From positions 320,001-384,000 of the forward strand of contig CAVQJC010000020.1 in the NCBI GenBank assembly GCA_963712745.1: a stretch of DNA of 64,000 nucleotides, written 5' to 3'. A program made the translations under genes and the position numbers. Under the pieces are notes generated by a model. The model ran no database searches. It saw only the letters and a program-made list of their open reading frames with translations, and was not told where the DNA came from. Numbering within the stretch: position 1 is the first letter of the stretch; each line of letters opens with the position of its first letter. This DNA is from an uncultured Chloroflexia bacterium. GTDB taxonomy: Bacteria; Chloroflexota; Limnocylindria; Limnocylindrales; CSP1-4. Positions 28,192 to 37,688 of the stretch are shown here, in pieces.

Positions 28192-28346
28192 CGTACGCGA
28201 CCGACCGGCTCTTCGAGGAGATCGCGTACGTCTCGTACCACCTGCACTGGTCCCTCGAAGAGATCCTGGAGCTCGAGCACCCGGACCGCCAGCGCTTCGT
28301 CGAGGAGATCGCGGCCATCAATCGCCGCATCTCGGAGGAGGCCTAG
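28188..28346 (+). CDS. Small DUF6760-like eCIS protein (52 aa; below the ORF track cut-off)
   Basis: Translated by hand: MTYATDRLFEEIAYVSYHLHWSLEEILELEHPDRQRFVEEIAAINRRISEEA. ATGA overlap with the upstream gene. Confidence 0.9.
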   Translation: MTYATDRLFEEIAYVSYHLHWSLEEILELEHPDRQRFVEEIAAINRRISEEA

Positions 28347-28349
28347 CTC

Positions 28350-30257
28350 GTGCGGCTGCGGTGGCCGTGGAGCAGGGCGGCCTCTGCCAGCCCGGCTTCG
28401 GCGAAACCGGCCGACGCCGGGCGTTCGGCGCCGGCGCGGGCTCAGCCTGCGCCGCTGGACGAATGGCGCGATGTGCCGCCTCCGCGCGGCCTCAACGGGC
28501 CGCCCGAGCTGACCGCGGACCACAGCTTCGGACGCGAGCTCAGCGGGCACCGCGCACTGCCTCCGGTGGTCGAGCAGGTGGCCCGTGGCGGTGAGCTGGC
28601 TCCGATGGTGCGCCCGCGCCCGAGCACTCCCGCACCAGCCGGCGAGGGCCCCAGGCCGGGCTACGGTCGGTCGAGCCAGATGCCCGTTCGCCGCCAGCGC
28701 GCCCCACGCTCGAGCGCGACGCTCGATGGCCTGGCCATGGGGATAGACGGGCCCACGCCCGAGCCCCAGGCGGCGGCCTCTGCTGCTCTGCCCGACGAGT
28801 CGCCGCTGCCCGAGCCAAGCGTGCCTAACCGGGTGGCGGCGGTGACCGCGACAGGTGCGCGATCCGGCACGCCGCCCAGGGGGGCACAGCGCGCCGCGAT
28901 GACGGTCGTGCCCGCGGCCCAGCGGTCACCCATCAGCGAGGGTGCGCCGCCTCCCGGCCAGCTGCGCCTGGACCATGTGCCGGAGCCTCCGGCCGTGATC
29001 ATGCCTGGCGAGTCCGGCCGGGCCATCACCGAGGCTGGGCCCGGGCCCAGCCTGCCCACGGCCGCAGAGGCTCCCACCTCCCCTGCCACGCCGGCCCCAG
29101 CCGTCTCCACCGGCCCGGCCCAGCGCGCACCGTTGACCAGCTCGAGGCGTACGGTCCGGTCGAACCCGAGTTCCACCCGCCGCCTGGGCCTGGGCGCACC
29201 CCTTGCCAGCCGGTCGAGCGCTGGCAGCGAGCTCACCAACACCCCCGAACGGGCGAGCCCGCCGAACTCGCTGACCGCGCCGATGGCCGCGCCCCATCCT
29301 CTCGCCGGGGCCACCCCGGCCGAGTCGGCCACGGCCGCTCCAGCCGTTTGGCGATCGACCGGCGAGAGCGCCCCGGTCATGGTTGGCGGGCGCGGCCCGG
29401 GCCGACCTAGCCTTCCGGCCGCGGCCCCGCTGGCGGCCGGAAGGGCGCCGTCGTCAGCAGCCGGAGCGATCGCTTCGCGACCCGTACCCAGGATGACCAC
29501 GGCGCCCATCCACCAGCGAGCCTCCGCCGGGCGCAGCGGCGGCAGGATGCAGGGAAAGCCCACCGCCGGCCCGGTGCCGGCGGTGCCGTCGACGGCGGGC
29601 GGCAAGCTCCGTATCGACCGCTCGGGAGATGGTGCGGCGGCCGCGGCGGACCTCGACGCCAATGCCTTCACCAGCGGCGACACCATCGTCATGCCCTCGA
29701 GCCACGGGCCGCTCGATCGGGGCCGGGGTCAGGCCCTGCTCGCGCACGAGCTGGTCCACGTGGGTCAGCAGCGGCGGCTGGGAGCCAGCCTGCCGAGCGA
29801 GGACAGCAGCGCCGGGCAGCAGCTCGAACGCGAGGCCCAGTCGGCCGAAGCGGTGGTCGAACGAGCCTCGCGCAGCAGCGCGGCCAGGCTGGACATGCCG
29901 GTGGCCGCGCGCTCGTCACAGCGCGCCCCGGCCGAGTCGTCGTCCTTGCACAGCAGCGAGGTCCGCCAGGCTACCCAGCTGGCGCTGGCCGCCGGACCTC
30001 GCGCGGGCAGCAGCAGCGGGACCATCGAGCTGTCCGCCGAGGCACCCTCCACCGGAGCGCCCACACCGCAGCGGGCGGCGGTCGGTGCGGCCTCGCCGGC
30101 GCCAGCCGCCTCCTCCACCGCGTCCGGGGCCACGCCCCAGGACGAGCAGGAATTCGAGGAACTGGCCAGGCGGCTCTACGACCGGCTCCGACTGCGCTTC
30201 AAGCGGGAGCTGCTGCTCGACCGCGAGCGCAGTGGCTTCCTCGCGGATGTGAAGTAG
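28350..30257 (+). CDS. Low-complexity DUF4157 (eCIS core domain) protein
   Basis: ANAFTSGDTI...ALLAHELVHVGQQ...LEREA, long Pro/Ala/Ser disordered regions, C-terminal ELARRLYDRL..ELLLDRERSG helix. Confidence 0.85.
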   Translation: MRLRWPWSRAASASPASAKPADAGRSAPARAQPAPLDEWRDVPPPRGLNGPPELTADHSFGRELSGHRALPPVVEQVARGGELAPMVRPRPSTPAPAGEGPRPGYGRSSQMPVRRQRAPRSSATLDGLAMGIDGPTPEPQAAASAALPDESPLPEPSVPNRVAAVTATGARSGTPPRGAQRAAMTVVPAAQRSPISEGAPPPGQLRLDHVPEPPAVIMPGESGRAITEAGPGPSLPTAAEAPTSPATPAPAVSTGPAQRAPLTSSRRTVRSNPSSTRRLGLGAPLASRSSAGSELTNTPERASPPNSLTAPMAAPHPLAGATPAESATAAPAVWRSTGESAPVMVGGRGPGRPSLPAAAPLAAGRAPSSAAGAIASRPVPRMTTAPIHQRASAGRSGGRMQGKPTAGPVPAVPSTAGGKLRIDRSGDGAAAAADLDANAFTSGDTIVMPSSHGPLDRGRGQALLAHELVHVGQQRRLGASLPSEDSSAGQQLEREAQSAEAVVERASRSSAARLDMPVAARSSQRAPAESSSLHSSEVRQATQLALAAGPRAGSSSGTIELSAEAPSTGAPTPQRAAVGAASPAPAASSTASGATPQDEQEFEELARRLYDRLRLRFKRELLLDRERSGFLADVK

Positions 30258-30269
30258 GGAGGGACGGAC

Positions 30270-30695
30270 ATGCCCGAACCGGCACTCGGCCTGCGCTTCA
30301 CGGTCACCATCGACGGCCACTCGACCCTGGGCAACTGGACCAAGTGCGAGGGCCTCACCGTCGAGTACGAAGTGCACGAGTACAGCGAGGGCGGGCTCAA
30401 CGGCTTCGTCCATCGCCTGCCGGGCAGGGCCAAGTACCAGAACATCAAGCTCACCCGCCCCGTCGATCCCACCAGCGCTGCCGTGGCCGGCTGGGTCGCC
30501 AGCGTCCAGGCCATCGGCAGCAGGGTGACCGCACAGATCGCGGTCCTCGACGCTGAGGGCACGCCCGTGACCTTCTGGAGCCTTCTGGACGTGTTCCCCG
30601 TGCGCTGGACCGGGCCCAACCTCGATATCGACACCGCACAGGTGGCCACCGAGACGCTGGAGCTGGCTCACAACGGCTTCCTGGGGCCACGCTGA
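30270..30695 (+). CDS. Second tube protein (Afp5-like)
   Basis: RFTVTIDG, CEGL..EYEV..Y.EGG.NGFVHRLPGR.KY.NIKLTR, FPVRWTGP, ETLELAH.G. Confidence 0.95.
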   Translation: MPEPALGLRFTVTIDGHSTLGNWTKCEGLTVEYEVHEYSEGGLNGFVHRLPGRAKYQNIKLTRPVDPTSAAVAGWVASVQAIGSRVTAQIAVLDAEGTPVTFWSLLDVFPVRWTGPNLDIDTAQVATETLELAHNGFLGPR

Positions 30696-31405
30696 TGCGC
30701 CCGAGCCTGAGCGGGACCACGCTGCCCAAGGCCAGCCTCACCGTGGTCGAGGGCCTGGCCGACCGGCCGTTCCTGAACTTCAGCTACAACCCGACCGAGT
30801 ACAGCGTGAGCAAGTCCGCCCGCTGGAACCGGCCACCCACGCGCGCCGCGGAATCAGCCACCGCACCGGAGTTCACGGGCACCGATCCCATGACCATCAG
30901 CATGGAGATCTTCTTCGACGCCTTCGAGGAACCCGCGGGCGATGTCTCTCGCGACATCGAGACGCTGCTCTCGTGGACACGGCCCACCGAAGCATCGCGC
31001 ACGCAGGACCTGGCACAGCCGCCGCTCTTGCGCTTCGTCTGGGGCGCGAGCCCCGTGCTGCAGTCGTTCCAGGGCTTCCTCAAGTCGGTGACTGCACGGC
31101 ACACGATGTTCCGCTTCGACGGCACGCCCATCCGGGCCACGGCCAACATCACGCTCGAGGAAGCCCCGCCGGAGACACCCGCGCAGAACCCCTCCTCCGG
31201 CGCGCGCGAGGGACGCCGCGGTCACATGGTGGTCGAGGGCGAGACCCTGCAGTCGATCGCCTACGCCGAGTTCGGCCGACCCGGGTTGTGGCGCGGCCTG
31301 GCGGTCTTCAACGACATCGATGACCCCATGCGTGTGCACCCCGGCACGGAGCTGCTCATCCCCACCACCGCTGAGGCCGTGCGCCTGACCGGGAGTCGGG
31401 CATGA
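30695..31405 (+). CDS. Tube initiator with C-terminal LysM domain (Afp7-like)
   Basis: FSYNPTEYSVSKSARW, PPLLRFVWG, F..DGTPIRA, LysM-like GETLQSIAY.EFG...WR.LA.FN.IDDP. Confidence 0.93.
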   Translation: MRPSLSGTTLPKASLTVVEGLADRPFLNFSYNPTEYSVSKSARWNRPPTRAAESATAPEFTGTDPMTISMEIFFDAFEEPAGDVSRDIETLLSWTRPTEASRTQDLAQPPLLRFVWGASPVLQSFQGFLKSVTARHTMFRFDGTPIRATANITLEEAPPETPAQNPSSGAREGRRGHMVVEGETLQSIAYAEFGRPGLWRGLAVFNDIDDPMRVHPGTELLIPTTAEAVRLTGSRA

Positions 31406-33150
31406 GCATGGCCCCGGGCATGGGCATGGCCTACGCCACCAAGCCAGGCATCACCGTCGACGGCATGCCGCTGGCGCGCGATGTCTCGCCGGCCATCGAG
31501 CGGGTCCTCGTGGATGATCACCTGCACCTGCCCGATATGTTCGCCATCACCTTCCGTGACGCCGACCACGAGGTCCTGGGTAGGACACGCATCTCCATCG
31601 GCAGCGAGATCGAGATCACCGGGACGGCCATGGGCCAGACCGGAGAGAGCGTGCTCATCAAGGGCGAGGTTACGGCCCTTGAGGCCGAGTACGACAGCCA
31701 GGGAGCCAACCTGATCGTACGCGGCTATGACCAGTCCCACCGGCTGGTGGCGGGCAGGCGCACCGAGACCTACCGCGATGTCACCGATGCCGACCTCAGC
31801 CGCACCATCGCCCGCAACGCCGGCGTCGAGGTCGGCCAGATCGACGAGACCGGTGCCACCCACGAGCACATCTCGCAGGCCAACCAGAGCGACTGGGACT
31901 TCCTCGCGGCTCGGGCCAAGGCCATCGGCTTCGACATGGGCGTGCTCGACGGCAAGTTCTTCTTCAAGCGTCCGACCGAGGCGACAGCGGGTCCGGGTGA
32001 GGGCAGCTACCGCGCTACAGACCCACTCCAGCTGGTGATGGGCACGAGCCTGCTCAGCTTCTATCCGCGGGTCACGGCCGCCGGCCAGGTCAGCGAGGTC
32101 GAGGTCCGCGGCTGGGACATGACCCGCAAGGAGGCAGTCGTGAGCACGGCGGCCGCCGAGACCACCAGCGCGGAGGTCCGGGACAAGCCGGCCGACCTGG
32201 CGCAGGTGGCGGGCAACGGACGCTCGGTGGTGGCCGCCAGCCTGGTCACGGCGCAGGCGGCAGCGGACGATGCCGCCAAGGCCGAGGCTGAACGCCTGGC
32301 CTCCACCTTCGCCGAGGCCGAAGGGGTGGCCCGCGGGCATCCGGAGCTGAAGGCGGGTGCTGCGGTCAGCGTGAGCGGCGTGGCCGAGCCCTTCGCCGGA
32401 CGTTACACCCTGACACACACACGCCACGTCTTCGACGACGAGGGCTATCGCACCGAGTTCCTCGTCTCCGGACGCCAGGACCGATCCCTGCTGGGCCTGG
32501 TCACCATCGGCTCGAGCGTGGGCTCGCGCGGCGGCGGCGACCCGGCGCGAGACGGGGTCATGGTGGGTCTCGTCACCGACAACGCCGACCCCGAGGACCT
32601 GGGCCGCGTGAAACTGAAGTTCCCTGCCCTCGACGACGACTACGAGAGCGACTGGGCGCGGGTCGTCCAGGCCGGTGCCGGTCCCGAGCGCGGCGCGGTC
32701 GTGATGCCGGAGGTCAACGACGAGGTGCTGGTCATCTTCGAGGTCGGCGACATCCGTCGCCCGTACGTCATCGGGGGGCTCTACAACGGCGTCGACAAGC
32801 CCCGCCTGGGTGGTGCCGACCTCTTCGACAACGGGGCGGTCACGCGCCGCGGCTTCGTCTCCAGGCAGGGCCATCGAATCGTGTTCCTCGACGCGGACGG
32901 GAAGTCCGGTGTGAGCCTGCTGAGCGGTGACGACAGCCTCCGTTTCGCGCTCAAGCAGTCGGACAGCACGATCACCATGCACAGCGACGGCACCATCAAG
33001 ATCACCTCGCGCGACAAGATCGAGATCGAGTCGGACGCGGATATCAGCGTCAAGTCGAGGGCGAACCTCTCTCTCGAGGGCAGTGCCGGCGTAAAGATCG
33101 AATCGAGCGGCGTCGTCGATATCGACGGCTCCCTTATCCAGCTGAACTAG
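31402..33150 (+). CDS. vgrG: VgrG-like spike protein (Afp8-like)
   Basis: Hub region (GYDQSHRL, Q.NQSDWDFL), OB-fold DPEDLGRVKLKFP..WARV..MPEVNDEVLV, C-terminal beta-helix repeats. Confidence 0.95.
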   Translation: MSMAPGMGMAYATKPGITVDGMPLARDVSPAIERVLVDDHLHLPDMFAITFRDADHEVLGRTRISIGSEIEITGTAMGQTGESVLIKGEVTALEAEYDSQGANLIVRGYDQSHRLVAGRRTETYRDVTDADLSRTIARNAGVEVGQIDETGATHEHISQANQSDWDFLAARAKAIGFDMGVLDGKFFFKRPTEATAGPGEGSYRATDPLQLVMGTSLLSFYPRVTAAGQVSEVEVRGWDMTRKEAVVSTAAAETTSAEVRDKPADLAQVAGNGRSVVAASLVTAQAAADDAAKAEAERLASTFAEAEGVARGHPELKAGAAVSVSGVAEPFAGRYTLTHTRHVFDDEGYRTEFLVSGRQDRSLLGLVTIGSSVGSRGGGDPARDGVMVGLVTDNADPEDLGRVKLKFPALDDDYESDWARVVQAGAGPERGAVVMPEVNDEVLVIFEVGDIRRPYVIGGLYNGVDKPRLGGADLFDNGAVTRRGFVSRQGHRIVFLDADGKSGVSLLSGDDSLRFALKQSDSTITMHSDGTIKITSRDKIEIESDADISVKSRANLSLEGSAGVKIESSGVVDIDGSLIQLN

Positions 33151-33160
33151 GGAGCCGGAC

Positions 33161-33547
33161 ATGGGTTCGCCCGCCATCGTCATGAACGACCGCATCACCG
33201 GGCTCTGCGCCATCCACCAGATCCCCAACCCAGCCAGCGGGGTGCCCCAGCCCAGCCCGCCGATGCCCTTCTCCGCCCCGCTGCTCAAGGGGCTGGAGAC
33301 GACTGTGCTCATCGGCGGCAAGCCGGCCGCGGTGGTCGGCTCCTCGGGCATGAACACGCCGCCGCACGTGGGCCTGCACGCGAGCGATCCCTTCATGGCC
33401 CCGCCCATGCAGGAGGGCCGCATCGTCAGCGGTTCCCCGACCGTGCTCATGGGCGGCAAGCCGGCCGCCAGCGCCAGCGCGTCGGCGACCTGTTGTGCCA
33501 CGCCCGGCATGCTGGTGCCGACCGTGGCCACGGTTCTGGTGGGCTAG
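33161..33547 (+). CDS. PAAR-like spike tip protein
   Basis: TVLIGGKPAA, GSPTVLMGGKPAA, His/Cys residues, ends TVLVG. Confidence 0.9.
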   Translation: MGSPAIVMNDRITGLCAIHQIPNPASGVPQPSPPMPFSAPLLKGLETTVLIGGKPAAVVGSSGMNTPPHVGLHASDPFMAPPMQEGRIVSGSPTVLMGGKPAASASASATCCATPGMLVPTVATVLVG

Positions 33548-33550
33548 GCC

Positions 33551-33955
33551 ATGGCCAACGCACGTGAGTTCGTCGGTCGTGGCTGGGCGTTCCCGCTGCG
33601 CACCGACGCTAGTGGCGGCGTCGCCCTCGTGAGCCAGGAGCAGGAGGTCGAGGAGTCGATCCGGCTCATCCTGGGCACCGCCTATGGCGAGCGGCCGATG
33701 CGCCCTGAGTTCGGCTGCGCCATCCACGATTTCGTCTACGCCGGTGCGGACGCCAGCACCGCCGCCCAGATCGGCTTCGAGGTGCGGGCCTCGCTCAAGC
33801 GCTGGGAACCTCGCATCGACGTACAGGACGTGACGGTCACTATCGACGCCAACGACCGCAGTCTGCTCTACATCGACATCCGCTACCTCATCAAGACCGC
33901 CAACGACCCACGCAACCTGGTCTTCCCGTTCTACGTGATCCCCGAGGAGGATTGA
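33551..33955 (+). CDS. gp25/GpW-like baseplate protein (Afp9-like)
   Basis: GRGWAFP, ILGT..GERPMRPEFGC, WEPRIDV, NLVFPFY. Confidence 0.95.
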   Translation: MANAREFVGRGWAFPLRTDASGGVALVSQEQEVEESIRLILGTAYGERPMRPEFGCAIHDFVYAGADASTAAQIGFEVRASLKRWEPRIDVQDVTVTIDANDRSLLYIDIRYLIKTANDPRNLVFPFYVIPEED

Positions 33956-33956
33956 G

Positions 33957-35906
33957 ATGTCCCTGCAGGCGCCGAACCTCGACGATCGCCGCTTCCAGGA
34001 CCTGGTCGACGATGCCAAGCGCCTGGTCCAGCAGCGCTGCCCCGAGTGGACCGACCACAACGTCTCCGATCCGGGCGTCACGCTCATCGAGACCTTCGCC
34101 TGGATGACCGACCAGCTGCTCTACCGCCTCAACCGTGTCCCGGAGCGCCACTACGTCAAGTTCCTCGAGCTCATCGGCGTCCGGCTCTTCCCGCCGGCGG
34201 CCGCGCGCGTCGAGGTGACCTTCTGGCTGTCGGGTCCGCAGCCCGAGGCCGTGCTCATCGCGGCCGGCACCCAGGTCGCCACGCCACGCTCACAGCACGA
34301 CCAGGCCATCGTCTTCGAGACGCAGCGTGACCTCCCCATCGTGCCTACCGCGTTCGCACATGCGCTCTCGAGCGTCGGCCAGGGAGCCTACCGCGTCCAC
34401 GATGATGCCCTGGCTCTGGACAACAGCTTCTACTGCTTTGACGCGGTGCCCAAGCCAGACGATGCCCTCTACGTCGGCCTCGATCAGCCTGCGCCCTCGT
34501 GCGCGGTGCGCATCCGCCTGTCCTGTCGCATCGAAGGCGTCGGCGTGGACCCGGACTTCCCGCCCCTGGTGTGGGAGGCCTGGAACGGCGAAGGCTGGGC
34601 TCGCTGCGAGGTCGATGGCGACGGCACCGGCGGGCTCAACCGGGACGGCGACATCACGCTCCATCTGCCCGAGGAGCACGAGGCATCGGTCATCGAGGGC
34701 CAGCATGCCGGCTGGGTCCGGGCGCGCGTCGTGCCGCCGGTGGCGAACCAGCCGGTCTATAGCGCCTCTCCTGAGATCCTCTCGGTCGGCGCGTTCACGG
34801 TCGGCGGCACGGTCCGCGCCAGCAACTCCGAGCGCGTAGTCGACGAGGTCTTGGGTACGACCGACGGCGCACCCGGCGACGCCTTCGCGCTCAAGCGCAG
34901 CCCGGTGCTGCCGTCGGACGAGCCGCTGACGGTGGAGGTCTCCTCCACTGACGGCTGGCAGGTGTGGACGCAGCCGGAGGCCCGCAGCTTTGCCGGCAGC
35001 GGTCCCGAGGACCGCCACGTGATGCTCGATGCGGTGGCCGGTGAGATCCAGTTCGGCCCGGCCGTCCGCCTGGCCGATGGCAGCATCGCGCAGCACGGCG
35101 CGGTGCCAGCCGCCGGCTCGACCGTCCGTGTTCCGGTCTACCGTACCGGTGGCGGCGCACGCGGCAACGTGACCGCCCGCGCCATCAGCGTGCTCAAGTC
35201 GTCCATCCCCTACGTAGCCCGGGTGGAGAACCGCCGGCCAGCATCGGGCGGCGTGGACGGTGAGGACATCGAGGACGCGAAAGTCCGCGGCCCCGTGCTG
35301 CTCCGCACCCGTGACCGGGCCGTCACCGCGGAGGATTTCGAGCATCTCGCGCGCGAGGCCGCCCCCGAGCTGGCACGCGTCCACTGCGTCGTCGCCGGCG
35401 ACGGGGTCGATGCCGGCGGCGTGCGCGTGCTGGTGGTGCCATCGGTGCCGACGGGCGGGGAGATGCCGTTCCAGGCCCTGCTGCCGAGCGAGGCCACGCT
35501 CGAACGCGTGGCCCGTCGTCTCGACGAGAGCCGCCTTCTGGGCACACGTGTGGTCGTCGAGCCGCCGGTCTATCGCGGTGTCACCGTGGTCGCCCGTCTG
35601 CGGGCGGCCAGCCGCTTCGACCCCGAACGCCTGCAGCAGTCCGCGACCGAGGCGCTCTTCGGCTACTTCCATCCAACCGAGGGCGGGCCCGATGGCGACG
35701 GCTGGCCCTTCGGCCGCCCGGTGCTGGCGGGCGAGGTGTTCGCTGTGCTCGGGCGCCTGCGCGGTGCCGAGCTGGTGGAGGAGGTCAAGGTCTTCGGAGC
35801 CGACCCCATCACTGGTGAGCGGGGCAAGGCCACCGACCGGCTCGAAGTCGAGCCGCACGCGCTCGTGTTCAGCTACGAGCACCAGGTCATGGCGGTGGCA
35901 TCGTGA
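33957..35906 (+). CDS. Baseplate J-like wedge protein (Afp11-like)
   Basis: PNLDDRRFQDLV...PEWTDHNVSDPGVTLIE, YRTGGG.RGNV, RAVTAEDFE, GWPFGR. Confidence 0.96.
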   Translation: MSLQAPNLDDRRFQDLVDDAKRLVQQRCPEWTDHNVSDPGVTLIETFAWMTDQLLYRLNRVPERHYVKFLELIGVRLFPPAAARVEVTFWLSGPQPEAVLIAAGTQVATPRSQHDQAIVFETQRDLPIVPTAFAHALSSVGQGAYRVHDDALALDNSFYCFDAVPKPDDALYVGLDQPAPSCAVRIRLSCRIEGVGVDPDFPPLVWEAWNGEGWARCEVDGDGTGGLNRDGDITLHLPEEHEASVIEGQHAGWVRARVVPPVANQPVYSASPEILSVGAFTVGGTVRASNSERVVDEVLGTTDGAPGDAFALKRSPVLPSDEPLTVEVSSTDGWQVWTQPEARSFAGSGPEDRHVMLDAVAGEIQFGPAVRLADGSIAQHGAVPAAGSTVRVPVYRTGGGARGNVTARAISVLKSSIPYVARVENRRPASGGVDGEDIEDAKVRGPVLLRTRDRAVTAEDFEHLAREAAPELARVHCVVAGDGVDAGGVRVLVVPSVPTGGEMPFQALLPSEATLERVARRLDESRLLGTRVVVEPPVYRGVTVVARLRAASRFDPERLQQSATEALFGYFHPTEGGPDGDGWPFGRPVLAGEVFAVLGRLRGAELVEEVKVFGADPITGERGKATDRLEVEPHALVFSYEHQVMAVAS

Positions 35907-36454
35907 GGACCGGCACGGTCAAGGGTCTGGCCAGCCCACATCCGCTGGTCGAGGGCCTGCCCGGCCTGTACCAGGAGGACGACTTCACGCGTCGCTGGCT
36001 CTCGGCCATGGACGATGCGCTGGCGCCGGTGTTCCTGGCGCTCGACAGCCTGCCCGCCTACCTCGACCCCGCCGTCACGCCCGAGGACTTCCTCGATTGG
36101 CTGGCCGGCTGGGTCGGTGTGCTGCTCGACGAGAACTGGCCTCTCGAACGCCGCCGCGCCTTCGTGGCCCAGGCCGCCGAGCTCTACCGCCTGCGAGGCA
36201 CCGCCACCGGCCTCGCCGCCCACGTCCGCGTCTTCACCGGTGGCCAGGTCGAGATCGTCGAGAGCGGCGGTGCAGCCTGGTCGAGCAAGAGTGGAGGCAA
36301 GCTGCCGGGTGGACCGGACTACCGCATCGAGGTGCGCGTGAGCGGCACCGACTCGCCGGTAGACCAGTCACGCCTGGACGCGCTGGTGGCCAGCGCCAAA
36401 CCGGCCCACCTGGTGCACAGCGTGCGCGTGGCCGGGGCCGCGCCTTCGTCGTAG
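35903..36454 (+). CDS. Phage tail protein I-like baseplate protein
   Basis: LPGLYQEDDF, YLDP..TPEDFLDWLAGWVG, LYRLRGT..GL, KPAH. Confidence 0.92.
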   Translation: MRTGTVKGLASPHPLVEGLPGLYQEDDFTRRWLSAMDDALAPVFLALDSLPAYLDPAVTPEDFLDWLAGWVGVLLDENWPLERRRAFVAQAAELYRLRGTATGLAAHVRVFTGGQVEIVESGGAAWSSKSGGKLPGGPDYRIEVRVSGTDSPVDQSRLDALVASAKPAHLVHSVRVAGAAPSS

Positions 36455-36533
36455 CGGCCGTGGCGGCTACCCGCACCGACATCCGGTCTGCGGGCGGGGT
36501 TGCTACCATCCTCGCCTGCCTTGGAGATCGCGA

Positions 36534-37679
36534 GTGCCGATGATCCGGTGTAAGAAGTGCGGGACGCTCAACCAGTCCGACGCTGCCTTCTGCGGCCAGT
36601 GCGATGCCTACCTCGAGTGGAGCGGCGAGAAGGTCGACGACGAGGGCGAGCCGCTCGCGTCCTCGCCGCCGGCCGCTGCATCCCCGCCACCGGGCACACC
36701 ACCTCCGCCGGCCGCGACGCCACTGGGGCCGCCGGGGGTGCCTGGGGCCGTGCCCCCGGCCCGACCGGCCGCGCGGCCCGCTTCGGAGGCGACTCCACCG
36801 GCCTCGCGAGCTGGCGAGCCCAAGTCGCGCCAGCCGGAGAAGGGCGCCACCGAACCACAGCGCAAGGCCAAGCCACCGCAGCGCACCAAGCCCCAGAAAC
36901 CCAAGCCTGGGCAGCGCGTCTGCGCCAACTGCGGCAGCGGCAACGACCCGGGACGCAAGTTCTGCCGACAGTGCGGCAGCGGCCTCGACCTGGCTCCGCT
37001 CGAGCCACCGACGCCCGAGTCCAGGCGCGGCCCCTCGCTGCTCTCGCGCCTGTTCCGCCGGGGCAAGCAGGAGGCCTACATGGCCGGGCAGCGCCCGGAG
37101 TCGATGCTCTCGGCACCGTCGCGCTGGCGCCCCGGATCAAGCGCCATGGTCTTCGGCCTGCTGGCCGCAGTCGGGCTCGGCAGCCTGGCCTCGTACTGGT
37201 ACATGCCGGAGGTCAGGAACGGCGTGGATGATGTCGTGCGCATGGTCCAGAACCAGATCGGGGGCCGGGCCAGGGTCAACGTGACGAACGCGACGGGGCG
37301 CTCCCGCCCGGGCTTTCCCGCGCTCAACGTCATCGACGGTGGCAGCAACACCTACTGGGTCGGCCCACGCGGCGCCGGAGGCCGCTGGCAGATCGACTTC
37401 GAGCTGCAGCGCCCGTCCGACCTGCTACAGCTCAACCTGGACAGTGGCGCCGACGGGGAGCAGTTCGAGAAGCTGGGCCGTCCGTTCGAGATCCAGCTGC
37501 GGGCCGACGGCGAGCTCAGCCCCGTGTACGAGCTCAAGGACACCAAGGACCAGCAGGTCGTCCACATCGACATCCAGGACGTCAGGGAACTGCGCCTCAT
37601 CGTGCGTTCGCAATACCGCGGCCTCGACGGCGGTACCGACATCGCCATCCGGGAGGTCGCGTTCTTCGGTCCCCAGTGA
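36534..37679 (+). CDS. Zinc-ribbon/Pro-rich/TM protein with C-terminal discoidin-like domain (CisA-like membrane adaptor candidate)
   Basis: CKKC..CGQC and CANC..CRQC, TM helix MVFGLLAAVGLGSLA, C-terminal NVIDG..NTYW...IAIREVAFF. It is the last gene of the baseplate operon. Confidence 0.8.
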   Translation: MPMIRCKKCGTLNQSDAAFCGQCDAYLEWSGEKVDDEGEPLASSPPAAASPPPGTPPPPAATPLGPPGVPGAVPPARPAARPASEATPPASRAGEPKSRQPEKGATEPQRKAKPPQRTKPQKPKPGQRVCANCGSGNDPGRKFCRQCGSGLDLAPLEPPTPESRRGPSLLSRLFRRGKQEAYMAGQRPESMLSAPSRWRPGSSAMVFGLLAAVGLGSLASYWYMPEVRNGVDDVVRMVQNQIGGRARVNVTNATGRSRPGFPALNVIDGGSNTYWVGPRGAGGRWQIDFELQRPSDLLQLNLDSGADGEQFEKLGRPFEIQLRADGELSPVYELKDTKDQQVVHIDIQDVRELRLIVRSQYRGLDGGTDIAIREVAFFGPQ

Positions 37680-37688
37680 GCGACTTAC

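Noticed and set aside
31261-33531. 756 aa antisense ORF over vgrG/PAAR
   Set aside because: Shadow of well-supported plus-strand structural genes.
25734-36454. Prophage or T6SS interpretation of the tail genes
   Set aside because: No capsid, portal, terminase, integrase or replication genes, and no TssJLM/TssBC/ClpV. The DUF4255, Afp15-like ATPase and DUF4157 set indicates an eCIS.
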